DNA of 33,506 bases. Origin: a virus. Taxonomy: Duplodnaviria > Caudoviricetes. Below, piece by piece: positions 8,057-17,757 of the stretch (the first letter of the stretch is position 1; every line of letters starts with the position of its first letter). Below the pieces are notes generated by a model, which was given only the letters and a program-made list of their open reading frames with translations, was not told where the DNA came from and made no database searches. Made by a program: the position numbers and the translations under genes. The DNA lies in the IMG/VR virus record IMGVR_UViG_3300037692_000213, positions 1-33,506 of that record. One strand, 5' to 3'.

Positions 8057-8442
8057 AATCGAAAGATTTTGACAAATTATTGCCAGGAAAACTTACTTTT
8101 GATTCTAATATTAAACCATCAGACAAGGAATGGGCGACGGGATGGAATGATGCAATAGATATGATGAGGTTAAGTTTCAGTCCAATCATTGATAATGGAA
8201 GTGAATACAATATAGTGCTAACTGTACTACCATACGTTGGTCAAATAACATTCATAAAAGATGGATTACCGCGAGCTGATTGTCCGTTTTGTCATAGTAA
8301 GAATGATTTTCTTATCAGCTTAAAAAATAATATTGCTTATTGTTTCGGTTGTCATAAAGGCGGGAATCCGATCAGGTTCATAATGGAAAAAGAGAACTTG
8401 TCTTATGTCGAAGCAACAAAATTTTTAGACAAAAATCAATGA
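8053..8442 (+). CDS. stand-alone primase-type zinc-binding domain (zf-CHC2-like) protein
   Basis: CPFCH...YCFGCHKGGNPIRFIMEKENLSYVEA; no TOPRIM domain. Confidence 0.8.
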   Translation: MKSKDFDKLLPGKLTFDSNIKPSDKEWATGWNDAIDMMRLSFSPIIDNGSEYNIVLTVLPYVGQITFIKDGLPRADCPFCHSKNDFLISLKNNIAYCFGCHKGGNPIRFIMEKENLSYVEATKFLDKNQ

Positions 8443-8609
8443 CCAACGAACTAGACAAAGCATTAAGAAGTCTTCAGAAAAAAGGAATGATACTGAGAGT
8501 AGGCGACAATCACATAACAAGTGAATCCCTTACCAGTAAGCGTAAAAAGATAAAAGACACCTTAAAACCGCAAGGATGGATGTTGAATGGTAAGTTTATT
8601 GAGAAATAA
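8439..8609 (+). CDS. small basic hypothetical protein (56 aa)
   Basis: MTNELDKALRSLQKKGMILRVGD...; ATGA overlap. Confidence 0.6.
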   Translation: MTNELDKALRSLQKKGMILRVGDNHITSESLTSKRKKIKDTLKPQGWMLNGKFIEK

Positions 8610-8742
8610 ACTTCTTATTGATTAATTTATATACTGAATTGTTCGTATTTATGTTAACTATAAGTGTTTAACGAATTTTACAAATTACTAGTGTTTTCAT
8701 TAGCATAATAGTATAATGACAAGTGATCAATAATGAATACAC

Positions 8743-9486
8743 ATGGCATATATTATAGATGAAGACTTAACTGGTGGCTCAAGTGCAACACTAAGTCTTA
8801 GTAATGATTATTTAGAAGGTACGCCCATCGTTAATTTCAATGGAAGGATGCTTTATTCTTACTACGAAAGCACCGCAAACGATAAAGACATAATACTTGA
8901 TAAGGCACCACTCGCAACAGACAGTATACTTGTTTCATATTATACCAACAACGAAATTGATAGACAGAATTCAGTTAGATATATAACCACTAGACAGGTC
9001 AAGTCACGCACTAATGTTACTGCGCTTGTGAGTGTTAGCGCGGCAACAGTTGAAAAATATATACGTGAAGTTGAAAGATGTATTGATACAATATGTGGAT
9101 CGTGGCAAAAGTACTATGATCTGATTGTCGAATCCGGAATACAAAGAAACACATTTCCGAGAGTACAAGATGCGCTTGTTGAAGGTGCTGATTATCCTGC
9201 GATACCTTATGATATAACACAGTGTGCTTTATATGCTGTAGAGAACATATATTTACTAGGTGATGTTGTGGCGACCAGTAGGTTTAAGTCAGAGAAACTC
9301 GGTGACTATTCATATACAGTGAAAGATGGTTCATCAATATACGATTTTGCAATTAATCAAATAGGTGAACGTGCAACTGCTATGTTGAGAGGATACACTA
9401 AAAGAACTGGTGAGATTGATATATTTCAAGTAGATACACCAGTAGATACACTGAATTCAAGGCAAAGATTTTTACGTAATCGATAA
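8743..9486 (+). CDS. head-tail adaptor (SPP1 gp15-like) with extra N-terminal beta domain
   Basis: YITT..VK, IDTICG, IPYDITQCA and SEKLGDYSYT adaptor motifs; first gene of the neck cluster. Confidence 0.7.
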   Translation: MAYIIDEDLTGGSSATLSLSNDYLEGTPIVNFNGRMLYSYYESTANDKDIILDKAPLATDSILVSYYTNNEIDRQNSVRYITTRQVKSRTNVTALVSVSAATVEKYIREVERCIDTICGSWQKYYDLIVESGIQRNTFPRVQDALVEGADYPAIPYDITQCALYAVENIYLLGDVVATSRFKSEKLGDYSYTVKDGSSIYDFAINQIGERATAMLRGYTKRTGEIDIFQVDTPVDTLNSRQRFLRNR

Positions 9487-9806
9487 TGAGCATTGCACAT
9501 TTACTCAATAAAACGTGTACTATTCAGAGAAATACACCTACTCAAGATAATTTTGGCGATGCTATAGATTCATGGTCAACAATATCTAGTAACGTACCCT
9601 GTAGGATCAGGAAAGCACCAAGCTACGTTGTGCAACAAAGCAAAGCCGGTGAATATCTAAAAAAGGGATTTATTGTTTACATGCACGTTGAACCACAAGT
9701 ACACGATAGATTGCTTATTGATGGATTGTACTATGATGTAATCAGCAACAATACGGATTCATCGGGAGATCATTACGAATTACACTGTGAATTAATTGAA
9801 GACTAA
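9486..9806 (+). CDS. head closure/stopper protein (SPP1 gp16-like)
   Basis: TIQR....D.FG.....W......VPCR...DRL.IDG..YDV.......H.EL.C pattern; synteny. Confidence 0.8.
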   Translation: MSIAHLLNKTCTIQRNTPTQDNFGDAIDSWSTISSNVPCRIRKAPSYVVQQSKAGEYLKKGFIVYMHVEPQVHDRLLIDGLYYDVISNNTDSSGDHYELHCELIED

Positions 9807-10210
9807 TGAGTGTTACAATTGAAGATAATACAAATGAATTTATGCAGAAGCTTGAAAGTGGAGTGCGTTTAGCTTTGGAATTTTCAGTAGAACAAATCAA
9901 GAGTGAAGTACAAAGAATAAGACCGCCACAAGTAATAACTGGATTTTTCCGCGCATCAATGTATGCTGATGGTCAAACATTAACTATAACAGGTGAAGGC
10001 AAAAACAGGGTTGCTACTGTTTCCGGTAAGGCTAAGATTAAAAAGAGAGCCGACATATATACTGCACGACTTATAGAGGGCGCGGATTATGGTGTTTGGC
10101 TTGAATTTAAACCTTTTACTCACGTAGGAGTATTGGCTCCGATGCGAAAAGGTGCGGCGAATGCTGTACCTGCAATCAATAAAATATTTGAAAAGTTTTT
10201 AACTATATAG
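9806..10210 (+). CDS. neck/tail completion protein (HK97 gp10-like)
   Basis: P.V.TG.FRAS, YG.WLEF and PMR motifs; synteny. Confidence 0.7.
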   Translation: MSVTIEDNTNEFMQKLESGVRLALEFSVEQIKSEVQRIRPPQVITGFFRASMYADGQTLTITGEGKNRVATVSGKAKIKKRADIYTARLIEGADYGVWLEFKPFTHVGVLAPMRKGAANAVPAINKIFEKFLTI

Positions 10211-10212
10211 AG

Positions 10213-10626
10213 ATGGCAACAATTCAGGAAGCATTATTCAATGCGTTGAAATCTGATTCAGCAATATCTACAAAAGTAAAGGTTGGTACGTTTTATAACA
10301 TACATTCAATTAATATACCGAAAAACAAACTCGATACATGTTCTTACCATATTTTGTACCAAAAAATAACAAACAATCCGATTAATGAATATGATTTACA
10401 GTTGCCATTCTTTCAGATTACGGCATGTGCAGACACGTACTCAAAGTCTCAGTCGCTTGCTTCTGATATTATCAGAGTACTTGATAGATATAAGGGAAAC
10501 CTCGGTGGTCAGCGTGACGTAAAGGCATGCGTGCTTACTAATGAAACTGAATTCCAGGATCAAGAAGTGGGAATGGATTATGTAGCTTTGACATTCAAAT
10601 TGAAATATTTTGGTGATAATGTATAA
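10213..10626 (+). CDS. tail terminator protein (DUF3168/SPP1 gp17-like)
   Basis: IQEALFNALKSDSAI, FQITACA.TY..S..LA; synteny. Confidence 0.8.
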   Translation: MATIQEALFNALKSDSAISTKVKVGTFYNIHSINIPKNKLDTCSYHILYQKITNNPINEYDLQLPFFQITACADTYSKSQSLASDIIRVLDRYKGNLGGQRDVKACVLTNETEFQDQEVGMDYVALTFKLKYFGDNV

Positions 10627-10653
10627 TATAAAAGGAAAGTTTAATACAACAAA

Positions 10654-10881
10654 ATGACCAGAAAAAAAGTAAAGAAATCTGAGCCAGTAGAAATAGTGAC
10701 GGAAGTAGTAGACACGGAAAAAGAAACAAAGCCAGTAGAAACTGAATTTGTACAAATTAAGCTAGTGGATGAAGGATATTTACTGCCAGACGGTACATAC
10801 AAGAAAAAAGGATATGAAATGTTTGTTATTCCATCACAAGCAGAGAAATTTGTATTAACTAAAAGATGGGAATATGTTTAA
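10654..10881 (+). CDS. small hypothetical virion-region protein
   Basis: 75-aa ORF; TTAA at -13. Confidence 0.65.
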   Translation: MTRKKVKKSEPVEIVTEVVDTEKETKPVETEFVQIKLVDEGYLLPDGTYKKKGYEMFVIPSQAEKFVLTKRWEYV

Positions 10882-10914
10882 TATCAGTAACTTGATATAT
10901 ACTTATACACACAA

Positions 10915-10942
10915 CGCCTCGATCGGGCGCATAAAGGATCGA
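10915..10942 (+). promoter_or_regulatory. predicted H-type pseudoknot in tail-tube leader
   Basis: S1 CGCC/GGCG, L1 T, S2 CGATC/GATCG, L3 CATAAAG. Confidence 0.5.
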
Positions 10943-10955
10943 TAAAATTAATTAC

Positions 10956-11744
10956 ATGCCTCAAACTTCGATACAGAAAGAAGCTTCTATCCGTTTTGGA
11001 TCAGGTAAATTAGAGATGGGCGCTTCTTTCGGTGCATTGACTAACCTCGGTGCGGTACGTAATCTACAATTCAATTCACTAAAGGAGGACGTGGAAATAC
11101 CTTTTGACAATACAAACCCTTTGAAGAAATTTATCAAAGGTATTGACTGCAGTATCACTGTAGACATTGCAGAGGTTGACATGACTACATTCTCTTTAAC
11201 TGACGCGGGCTGGGCTGTTGTAACAGCGACTGCCGGTGCCATTGTGGCTGGTGCGACTGATACTCTCGGTGTTAATCCATTTGTTGCCAATTACGAATAT
11301 GACGTGTTGAATCAGAATTCAGATCTTTCTGTTTTGACTATCAATTCTGTGACTGGCGGAACAGATGGTGCGCTCACTGCCGACGATGATTATCATCTCG
11401 TGAAGAACGCAAATAATGGTCATTGGTGTATTGTAATGAATACCGTTGCTGGTGGTGGTACTTTGAGTACTCTTGCACAGACAATCACGGTTGATTACGA
11501 TTACACACCTGCCGCAAGTAAGGACGTAACTTTCAATGATTTCGGTACAAAGACCTTGAAGGTTGCCAGAATTACCAATACGGATAGTTCCGGAAATACG
11601 TTCGTGATGGATATTGAGAATGTTACCAACACTGAACCGTGGGTTCTTCCGTTTGTTGCTGATGATGCAAACGATGTATCGTTAATGTCATTGACATTGA
11701 CTGGTACAATTACAAGCATTACCGATCAGCAATCTACAACATAG
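10956..11744 (+). CDS. major tail tube protein
   Basis: IRFGSGKLE...NLGA N-terminus, beta-rich; sits between terminator and chaperone; followed by a hairpin. Confidence 0.85.
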   Translation: MPQTSIQKEASIRFGSGKLEMGASFGALTNLGAVRNLQFNSLKEDVEIPFDNTNPLKKFIKGIDCSITVDIAEVDMTTFSLTDAGWAVVTATAGAIVAGATDTLGVNPFVANYEYDVLNQNSDLSVLTINSVTGGTDGALTADDDYHLVKNANNGHWCIVMNTVAGGGTLSTLAQTITVDYDYTPAASKDVTFNDFGTKTLKVARITNTDSSGNTFVMDIENVTNTEPWVLPFVADDANDVSLMSLTLTGTITSITDQQSTT

Positions 11745-11758
11745 TACGTTTAAAATAT

Positions 11759-11781
11759 GGGGAGTGCAAAAGGCATTCCCC
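11759..11781 (+). terminator. hairpin after tail tube gene
   Basis: GGGGAGTGC-AAAAG-GCATTCCCC; weak U-tract. Confidence 0.6.
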
Positions 11782-11805
11782 CCTTGTATAATTAATCAAA
11801 AAAGA

Positions 11806-12210
11806 ATGTCAGACAATGTGGTATTTCTCGATGTAGATGCCTTAGGAGAATCATACAATCCTAAGCTTTATGATGTAAGAATTGGAAATAAAATATATAA
11901 AGTTGGTCAAAGAAACGTGATATTGCTTGGCATAACACAGGTTATGTATGCCGAAATAGCAGATGCTAAGGATAAGGGCGCTGAATATTATCTGGTATTA
12001 CGTGAAAAATATATCGAAATGACCATTGCGATTTTAAAAGAGTTCAACGAAAATGTAGATGAAAAAGAGATTTATGACATTGGAAAACATAGCATTGATA
12101 AGCTTCAGGGTTTCGTGCATTGGTATAACGATGAATTCCAACAAAGTTTTTTAGAAAGTGGCGATGGAAAGAAAAAGAAACAGGAGAAGGAAGAGGTTAC
12201 ACAAGACTAG
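11806..12210 (+). CDS. tail assembly chaperone (gpG-like)
   Basis: Position before tape measure; ATG 11806 has TTAATC at -14; slippery site near the 3' end. Confidence 0.8.
   Translation: MSDNVVFLDVDALGESYNPKLYDVRIGNKIYKVGQRNVILLGITQVMYAEIADAKDKGAEYYLVLREKYIEMTIAILKEFNENVDEKEIYDIGKHSIDKLQGFVHWYNDEFQQSFLESGDGKKKKQEKEEVTQD
12147..12153 (+). other. programmed -1 ribosomal frameshift site (T TTT TTA)
   Basis: In-frame X XXY YYZ heptamer; the -1 frame is open from 12153 to the stop at 12458. Confidence 0.8.
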
Positions 12211-12458
12211 GGCTGAACATCGCACAGCTATTACATTTTTACAAAGGTTCATTTACCGAAAAGGATATACTAAAAATGCCAGAACAAACATTTTATATGT
12301 ACATTGATTATATGAATTATATACTAAGAAACAACACGGAAAAAGGAAGAGAAACAAACGATGGGTTTGATCGTGTTGATGAAATGGAATTTGGTAATCC
12401 AAACAGTAAAGCGCAAAAACAGTTTGAAGACTTAAGGGGGAGATTTAATCTTAGATAG
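12153..12458 (+). CDS. frameshifted chaperone extension (gpT-like part of gpGT)
   Basis: RKWRWKEKETGEGRGYTRLGLNIAQLLHFYKGSFTEKDILKMPEQTFYMYIDY...; includes track ORF 12276..12458. Confidence 0.75.
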   Translation, partial: RKWRWKEKETGEGRGYTRLGLNIAQLLHFYKGSFTEKDILKMPEQTFYMYIDYMNYILRNNTEKGRETNDGFDRVDEMEFGNPNSKAQKQFEDLRGRFNLR

Positions 12459-15400
12459 TGGCTGATAATGTTGTTGGTAAAATAGTATATGACGTACAGG
12501 CAAATACTAAGAATGCTGAAAAAAACTTAAAAAGCGCAAAAGCTTCATTCAAATCAATATCAGATGAAGCTAAAAAGGTTGATAATGCCGTTGCGAATTC
12601 TTCAAAGAACGTAGCAAATTCATTAAGCAAAGTCGATAAAGAGGCTAAAAAGGTTCATGCTTCCTTTTTGCAAATGAACGTATCTACTAAGGGGCTCGGC
12701 AACCTTGGTAATGCTTCATTGCGTTTAACTAAACAGGTTTTACAGCTTGGTACTGTTATAGCTGGCACTGCTATTGCATTTGAAACGTTTATTATCAAAA
12801 CAGCTACTGATTTCGAGTCGTCATTTGCCGGTGTAAGAAAAACAGTTGAAGCAACGGAAGAGGAGTTTGCAAAATTAAGAAGTGAACTTATAGAATTATC
12901 AAAGCAAAAACCAGTTGACGTAAATCAATTGGCAAAGATCGAAGAGTTGGGCGGTCAACTTGGAATCGCAAAAGAGAATTTAACTTCATTTACTGATACT
13001 ATATCGGATATTGTTGTTACTACTGATTTGATGGCAGAATCGGCATCAAAAGACTTTGCCAGAATATTTAACATAACAAGAGAACAACAGAAAAACTTTG
13101 ATCGATTTGGATCTACTATAGTTGATTTGGGTAATAATTTTGCAACGACTGAATCTGAAATAGTAGAAATGACTAACAGGCTTGCGCCAACAGCTAGTTT
13201 GCTAGATATATCGACAGCGAACACAGCGGGGCTTGCCGCGGCATTGTCATCTTTGGGCATACCTTCTGAACTCGGTGGTACTGCATTTCAAAGACTAGGA
13301 CAGAGTATATTTAGTGCTACTCAAAAGGGCGGTGCGGATCTTGAGAGGTTTGCACAAGTAGCAGGAATGACAGCAGAACAATTTAAGCAAGCATTTGAAG
13401 AAGACGCGGCAAAGGCTATAAGCGTATTTCTCGAAGGAATCGGAAAAATGAAAGACGAGGGCGGTAATGTTATATCGGTGCTTGAAGCTTTGAATTTAAG
13501 CGATGTTCGACTATCGAGAACAGTGCTGGCGCTTGCAAGTAATACCGATCTTTTAAATAACGCCCTTGATACTTCATCAAAAGCATGGAATGAAAACACT
13601 GCACTTCAAACAGAGGCGGGTAAGAGATATGCCACAACAGCAAGCCAGTTAGAGATACTTAAAAACAAGATACTATCAATATCAATTGAAATAGGCGACA
13701 GGTTGTTACCACATGTTAATGAAAAAATACAGGAGTTCACAGACTTTTTAAATGAAAACAGCGATGAGATCCAAACATTAATTGACGATGTAACGCGATT
13801 TGGAGAAGCTTTAATTGACGGTGTCGGAATAGGCGCAGAAAAGGCGATAGAAGCACTTAGGTATTTACGCGATAATGCTGACGAACTAGGAAATACCTTA
13901 AAATCCGGAGCGTTGGCGCTCGGACTTATTAATGTTATTGGACTGATCGAGAAGTTGCGACTTGCAATTGCAGGTGGCGGTGGATTGTCGGTTGCATTTA
14001 TTGCGCTTGCTACGGCGATTGGACTCGTAACCAAGTCGTATTTGGACTTAAAAACACTTCAAAATGATTTAATTGAACAGTCTAAAGAGTATGCAAAAAG
14101 GAACCTCGAACTTGCAGAATCATACGATAAACTAGCAGAACAATCAGAGGGCGCTACTAAGACGTTAAACTTAACATTAAGTGAACAAAACAAAACACAA
14201 GAGGAACTGAATAATTTGATTGCTAAAAGGCAGCAACTTTTATCTGATAGGTCGTGGGCAGAAGTAGCAGAAGATAACTTTGGCGCTGTTCAAACCTACA
14301 GAGAGCGTGAAATTGAACAGATAGATAAGCAAATAGAACAACTCAAAAGAGAAGAGGCGGCATATCAGCATAAAGCTGAAGAGGTGGGAAAGGCGGCAGC
14401 ACTAGAACAAGAATCAAATAAAGCTATATTACGCAATCAATCTGATCTTGCGAGAAGACAAATCGAACTTGGAGATGAGGTATTTCAGCAAAGAAAGAAA
14501 TTCATTGAGTCATTGAATGTAGATAATACAAAATTAAATGAATCTATATTTGATGGAGAGGTCGAAATTAATAATGAACGCAAAAAACTTATTAATGAAT
14601 TAGGTGTAACAAACGCAAAGTTTTTAAGCAGAACCCAGGATCTTAATGCAAAAACAGTCGATGCAAGAATAAAGATTGCTAAGGAATACAACATAACAAG
14701 CCAAAAGTTAATTGTTGATTTAGTAAATATTAATAAAAACGCTTCTGAAGAGGAGGTTAAAGAGCGTGCTAAAAGCTTTCAGGAACAACAAGTTTTAGCG
14801 GTAGATTTTTATGCTAAATTAGCTGAATTAAGAGTGTCGTTACTTGCCGCTCCTTCAATTGATGGACTTAAGCAATTTGCGAAAGACGCAAAAACTTTAC
14901 TGAATGAGTACAAAGCGAATGTTGAAAAAATAAATACCGATGCGAATGAAGCAATAAAATCAATTAATGGCGTATCGAAAAGCGAGCAAGACAATTTAGC
15001 TGCACAGTTTGAAGAATCCGAAAGACTAAGGCAGGAAGCAGAGGAGGCGGAAAAGCAAAGGGCTGAAGATTTGCAGGATGCATTTGATAAGGCTCAGAGC
15101 AATGTAGTTTCAAGTATTAAGACGTTTGTACGGGAAAACACAGCCGCGCAAAATAAAGCAAGAGAAGACATAAAAAAAACAAAAGAAGAAATCGAAGAGC
15201 TTGCTAAAGCGTATCAGCTAGAAGAGTTACAGGCACGATTGGAATTTCAAGCTGAAGCCGCTGATATTGTTGTTGAAGCAGAAAAGAAAATACTCGAAAT
15301 TGAAAATCAAATACGTGAAGAGCGCAATAAAGATAAAAGCATTGATGGGCAAATCGATAAATTAAACGAATACTTAAAAGAAGCAAAGGACGGTTTATCT

Positions 15401-16864
15401 GACCTTGAAGATCAATTAAATGAAGCAACATCGAACGTAGAGGATGCAATCAGTTTCTTTGCGAAGAATATTACTTCTGAAATCGGTGATGTAAACGATG
15501 AACTCGAAAAAACTATTACCGGCATTGATGATTTAATAAATACTTTTAATGAAAAAACATTAAGCGACAGGTTATCATTCGAAGAAGATGCAACGAAAAC
15601 AGTACTTGATGCATTAAATAAAATTGATGAGTTACAAAAGCAAATCAATGAAGGAAAGAATGACGTTAATGTAAGTCCACAGGATTTAGCGGAACTTCAA
15701 AAGCAGTTGGATGAACAGTTGGCGATCGTACAATATAATACTGATCAACAGATCGTATCAGCTGAAGACTTAGCGGCTGCACAGGAGGAATTAATGATGA
15801 GTCCGCTTGAATTATTACAGAAAAGATATGAAGAAGAACAAAAGGCACGTGAAGAGAATTTTGAAAAGGAATTAAAGTCTTTAGAAGAACAGAAAGCAGC
15901 ATATGAAGAACAGTTAGTAGCACTTGAAAAAGAGCAGTCTGATTTTTATGATCATCTTGTTGATATGGGCGATGATTACGTGAAAATATACGATGACCAA
16001 ATCAAACAAAGAAGACGAATAGACATTCAAGGAATCGATGATTTATTAAATGAACAAAAAAGAGTTGACGCAGAAAGACTTGATCAAGTACGTGAGGTTA
16101 CAAAAATAGAAAGAGAATTAAGAAGAGCGGAAACCGAAAAGCAGAAGCAGGAATCACAAGAGCGCATTGATGATTTAAACAAACAGCTTGAAGAGGAATT
16201 AAGAATAGTAAGGCAAAATGAATCTGAAAACATTGTATCAGCTGAAAATATTGCCGCTGCAAGAGTAAGAGCAGATCAGACATCGCTTGAATCGCTTGTT
16301 TCAAGATACGAACAGGAAAAAGTAGTACGACAAGAGAATTATAGTGATGAACTTGATAAACTAAATAATACTGTAAAAGAGAATGAAGACAGTTTAGTAC
16401 AACTAAAAAAAGACAATGAAACGTATTATGCGATACTGACAAAACTAGGCAGTGAATTTACCGAAACATATAAAAATGAATTGCTTGATCGTGAACAGGA
16501 GTTTGCGCAATCATTACTTCGACAAATTAAAGCATATAAAAACGCGCAAGGATTACTACAAAATGAAGCAAGTAGCAATAAGTTTCTATCAGGATTTTCA
16601 AGTGGTGGTTTTACTGGCGGTAATGTTGCGCAGGTTGCAGGACTAGTCCATGGTGGTGAATATGTCGCTCCTGCTTGGATGGTCAATTCAATTAGACCAT
16701 TATTTGAATCTATTGAAGCAATGAGATCAAAAGGGTATTCTCAAGGTGGAAATGTTACTACCGATAATAGTAGGGTAGTACATCAAACCAACCATAATCA
16801 CATACACAGTAATACTAGTTTAAGGGCTTTAGTACAAGAGATGTCAATAATAATAGGAAGATGA
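12458..16864 (+). CDS. tail tape measure protein (TP901-type core)
   Basis: 1468 aa, helical; FESSFAGVRKT and LGNNFATTESEI motifs; C-terminal GGFTG...G.VHGGEYV; GTG start overlaps upstream TAG. Confidence 0.95.
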   Translation: MADNVVGKIVYDVQANTKNAEKNLKSAKASFKSISDEAKKVDNAVANSSKNVANSLSKVDKEAKKVHASFLQMNVSTKGLGNLGNASLRLTKQVLQLGTVIAGTAIAFETFIIKTATDFESSFAGVRKTVEATEEEFAKLRSELIELSKQKPVDVNQLAKIEELGGQLGIAKENLTSFTDTISDIVVTTDLMAESASKDFARIFNITREQQKNFDRFGSTIVDLGNNFATTESEIVEMTNRLAPTASLLDISTANTAGLAAALSSLGIPSELGGTAFQRLGQSIFSATQKGGADLERFAQVAGMTAEQFKQAFEEDAAKAISVFLEGIGKMKDEGGNVISVLEALNLSDVRLSRTVLALASNTDLLNNALDTSSKAWNENTALQTEAGKRYATTASQLEILKNKILSISIEIGDRLLPHVNEKIQEFTDFLNENSDEIQTLIDDVTRFGEALIDGVGIGAEKAIEALRYLRDNADELGNTLKSGALALGLINVIGLIEKLRLAIAGGGGLSVAFIALATAIGLVTKSYLDLKTLQNDLIEQSKEYAKRNLELAESYDKLAEQSEGATKTLNLTLSEQNKTQEELNNLIAKRQQLLSDRSWAEVAEDNFGAVQTYREREIEQIDKQIEQLKREEAAYQHKAEEVGKAAALEQESNKAILRNQSDLARRQIELGDEVFQQRKKFIESLNVDNTKLNESIFDGEVEINNERKKLINELGVTNAKFLSRTQDLNAKTVDARIKIAKEYNITSQKLIVDLVNINKNASEEEVKERAKSFQEQQVLAVDFYAKLAELRVSLLAAPSIDGLKQFAKDAKTLLNEYKANVEKINTDANEAIKSINGVSKSEQDNLAAQFEESERLRQEAEEAEKQRAEDLQDAFDKAQSNVVSSIKTFVRENTAAQNKAREDIKKTKEEIEELAKAYQLEELQARLEFQAEAADIVVEAEKKILEIENQIREERNKDKSIDGQIDKLNEYLKEAKDGLSDLEDQLNEATSNVEDAISFFAKNITSEIGDVNDELEKTITGIDDLINTFNEKTLSDRLSFEEDATKTVLDALNKIDELQKQINEGKNDVNVSPQDLAELQKQLDEQLAIVQYNTDQQIVSAEDLAAAQEELMMSPLELLQKRYEEEQKAREENFEKELKSLEEQKAAYEEQLVALEKEQSDFYDHLVDMGDDYVKIYDDQIKQRRRIDIQGIDDLLNEQKRVDAERLDQVREVTKIERELRRAETEKQKQESQERIDDLNKQLEEELRIVRQNESENIVSAENIAAARVRADQTSLESLVSRYEQEKVVRQENYSDELDKLNNTVKENEDSLVQLKKDNETYYAILTKLGSEFTETYKNELLDREQEFAQSLLRQIKAYKNAQGLLQNEASSNKFLSGFSSGGFTGGNVAQVAGLVHGGEYVAPAWMVNSIRPLFESIEAMRSKGYSQGGNVTTDNSRVVHQTNHNHIHSNTSLRALVQEMSIIIGR

Positions 16865-17757
16865 GTACATTACTGAACATACAATATACATTTACGAATA
16901 ATGACACTAGCGAATCACTAACGCTAAGCGATGGTACTGATACTAGTGAAATTGCATTAATTCATACTGTTCCGGTTGGATTACATGGTGCAACATTGCG
17001 TCAAACAGAGGAACCTTTATCATACAGGGATGGTGTTATAACTAGTGATCTATATTTAGGCGCAAAAGTTATAACGTGGGAAATAATAATGATAGCCGAT
17101 ACTGAGTCAAAAATGAATGACTTAGTTGATACTATAAGACGCGTGTTTGTACCGCCAGTTGAAAGAGGTTTAAATAAGACGCTACATCGAATGACCTTTA
17201 CTGATATTGATGGATATACAAAATATCTTGATTATGAAATTGAAACTTTACCGCAATTTTCTAAAACGGTTGGCAATCAAATAAGAATGGATTGCGTGTT
17301 CACGATTAAAGCAAGTAATCCGCGTTATTATGGTAGCAATTTACTTTCTTATACTTTAACGTCTTCAGAAATTATCGGTGGAATGCAAGTTGAATCGCAA
17401 GTACCATCACAAGTAGCAACTATACTTGACTATAACGGTCATACAATAACAAATCTTGGTACATACAAGGCATCTCCGAATTTAACAATAATGGGGGTTT
17501 TAGTGAATCCTGTATTTTACAATACAACTACAGGACAAGCGCTAAGATACAATACAACGCTAGGGATTGGAGACGTTATATATTGTAATTGTACAACAGG
17601 AGAAACTACGCGGAATGGATCTGATAATTCAGACGAACTTGCAGATAATACTACGTTTATTGACTTGATACCCGGTAACAACAATTTAATATTTACTGAT
17701 GATCTGCTTTCCGCTTCAGGACAATGTACTTATGAATTTAGGCACACATGGCTATAA
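16861..17757 (+). CDS. distal tail protein (Dit-like)
   Basis: ASNPRYYG, ITNLGT..ASP and FIDLIPGNNNL motifs; directly after tape measure. Confidence 0.85.
   Translation: MSTLLNIQYTFTNNDTSESLTLSDGTDTSEIALIHTVPVGLHGATLRQTEEPLSYRDGVITSDLYLGAKVITWEIIMIADTESKMNDLVDTIRRVFVPPVERGLNKTLHRMTFTDIDGYTKYLDYEIETLPQFSKTVGNQIRMDCVFTIKASNPRYYGSNLLSYTLTSSEIIGGMQVESQVPSQVATILDYNGHTITNLGTYKASPNLTIMGVLVNPVFYNTTTGQALRYNTTLGIGDVIYCNCTTGETTRNGSDNSDELADNTTFIDLIPGNNNLIFTDDLLSASGQCTYEFRHTWL

Noticed and set aside
12165-12180. T GGA AAG / G AAA AAG as the chaperone slippery site
   Set aside because: Neither is a full X XXY YYZ heptamer; T TTT TTA at 12147 is.
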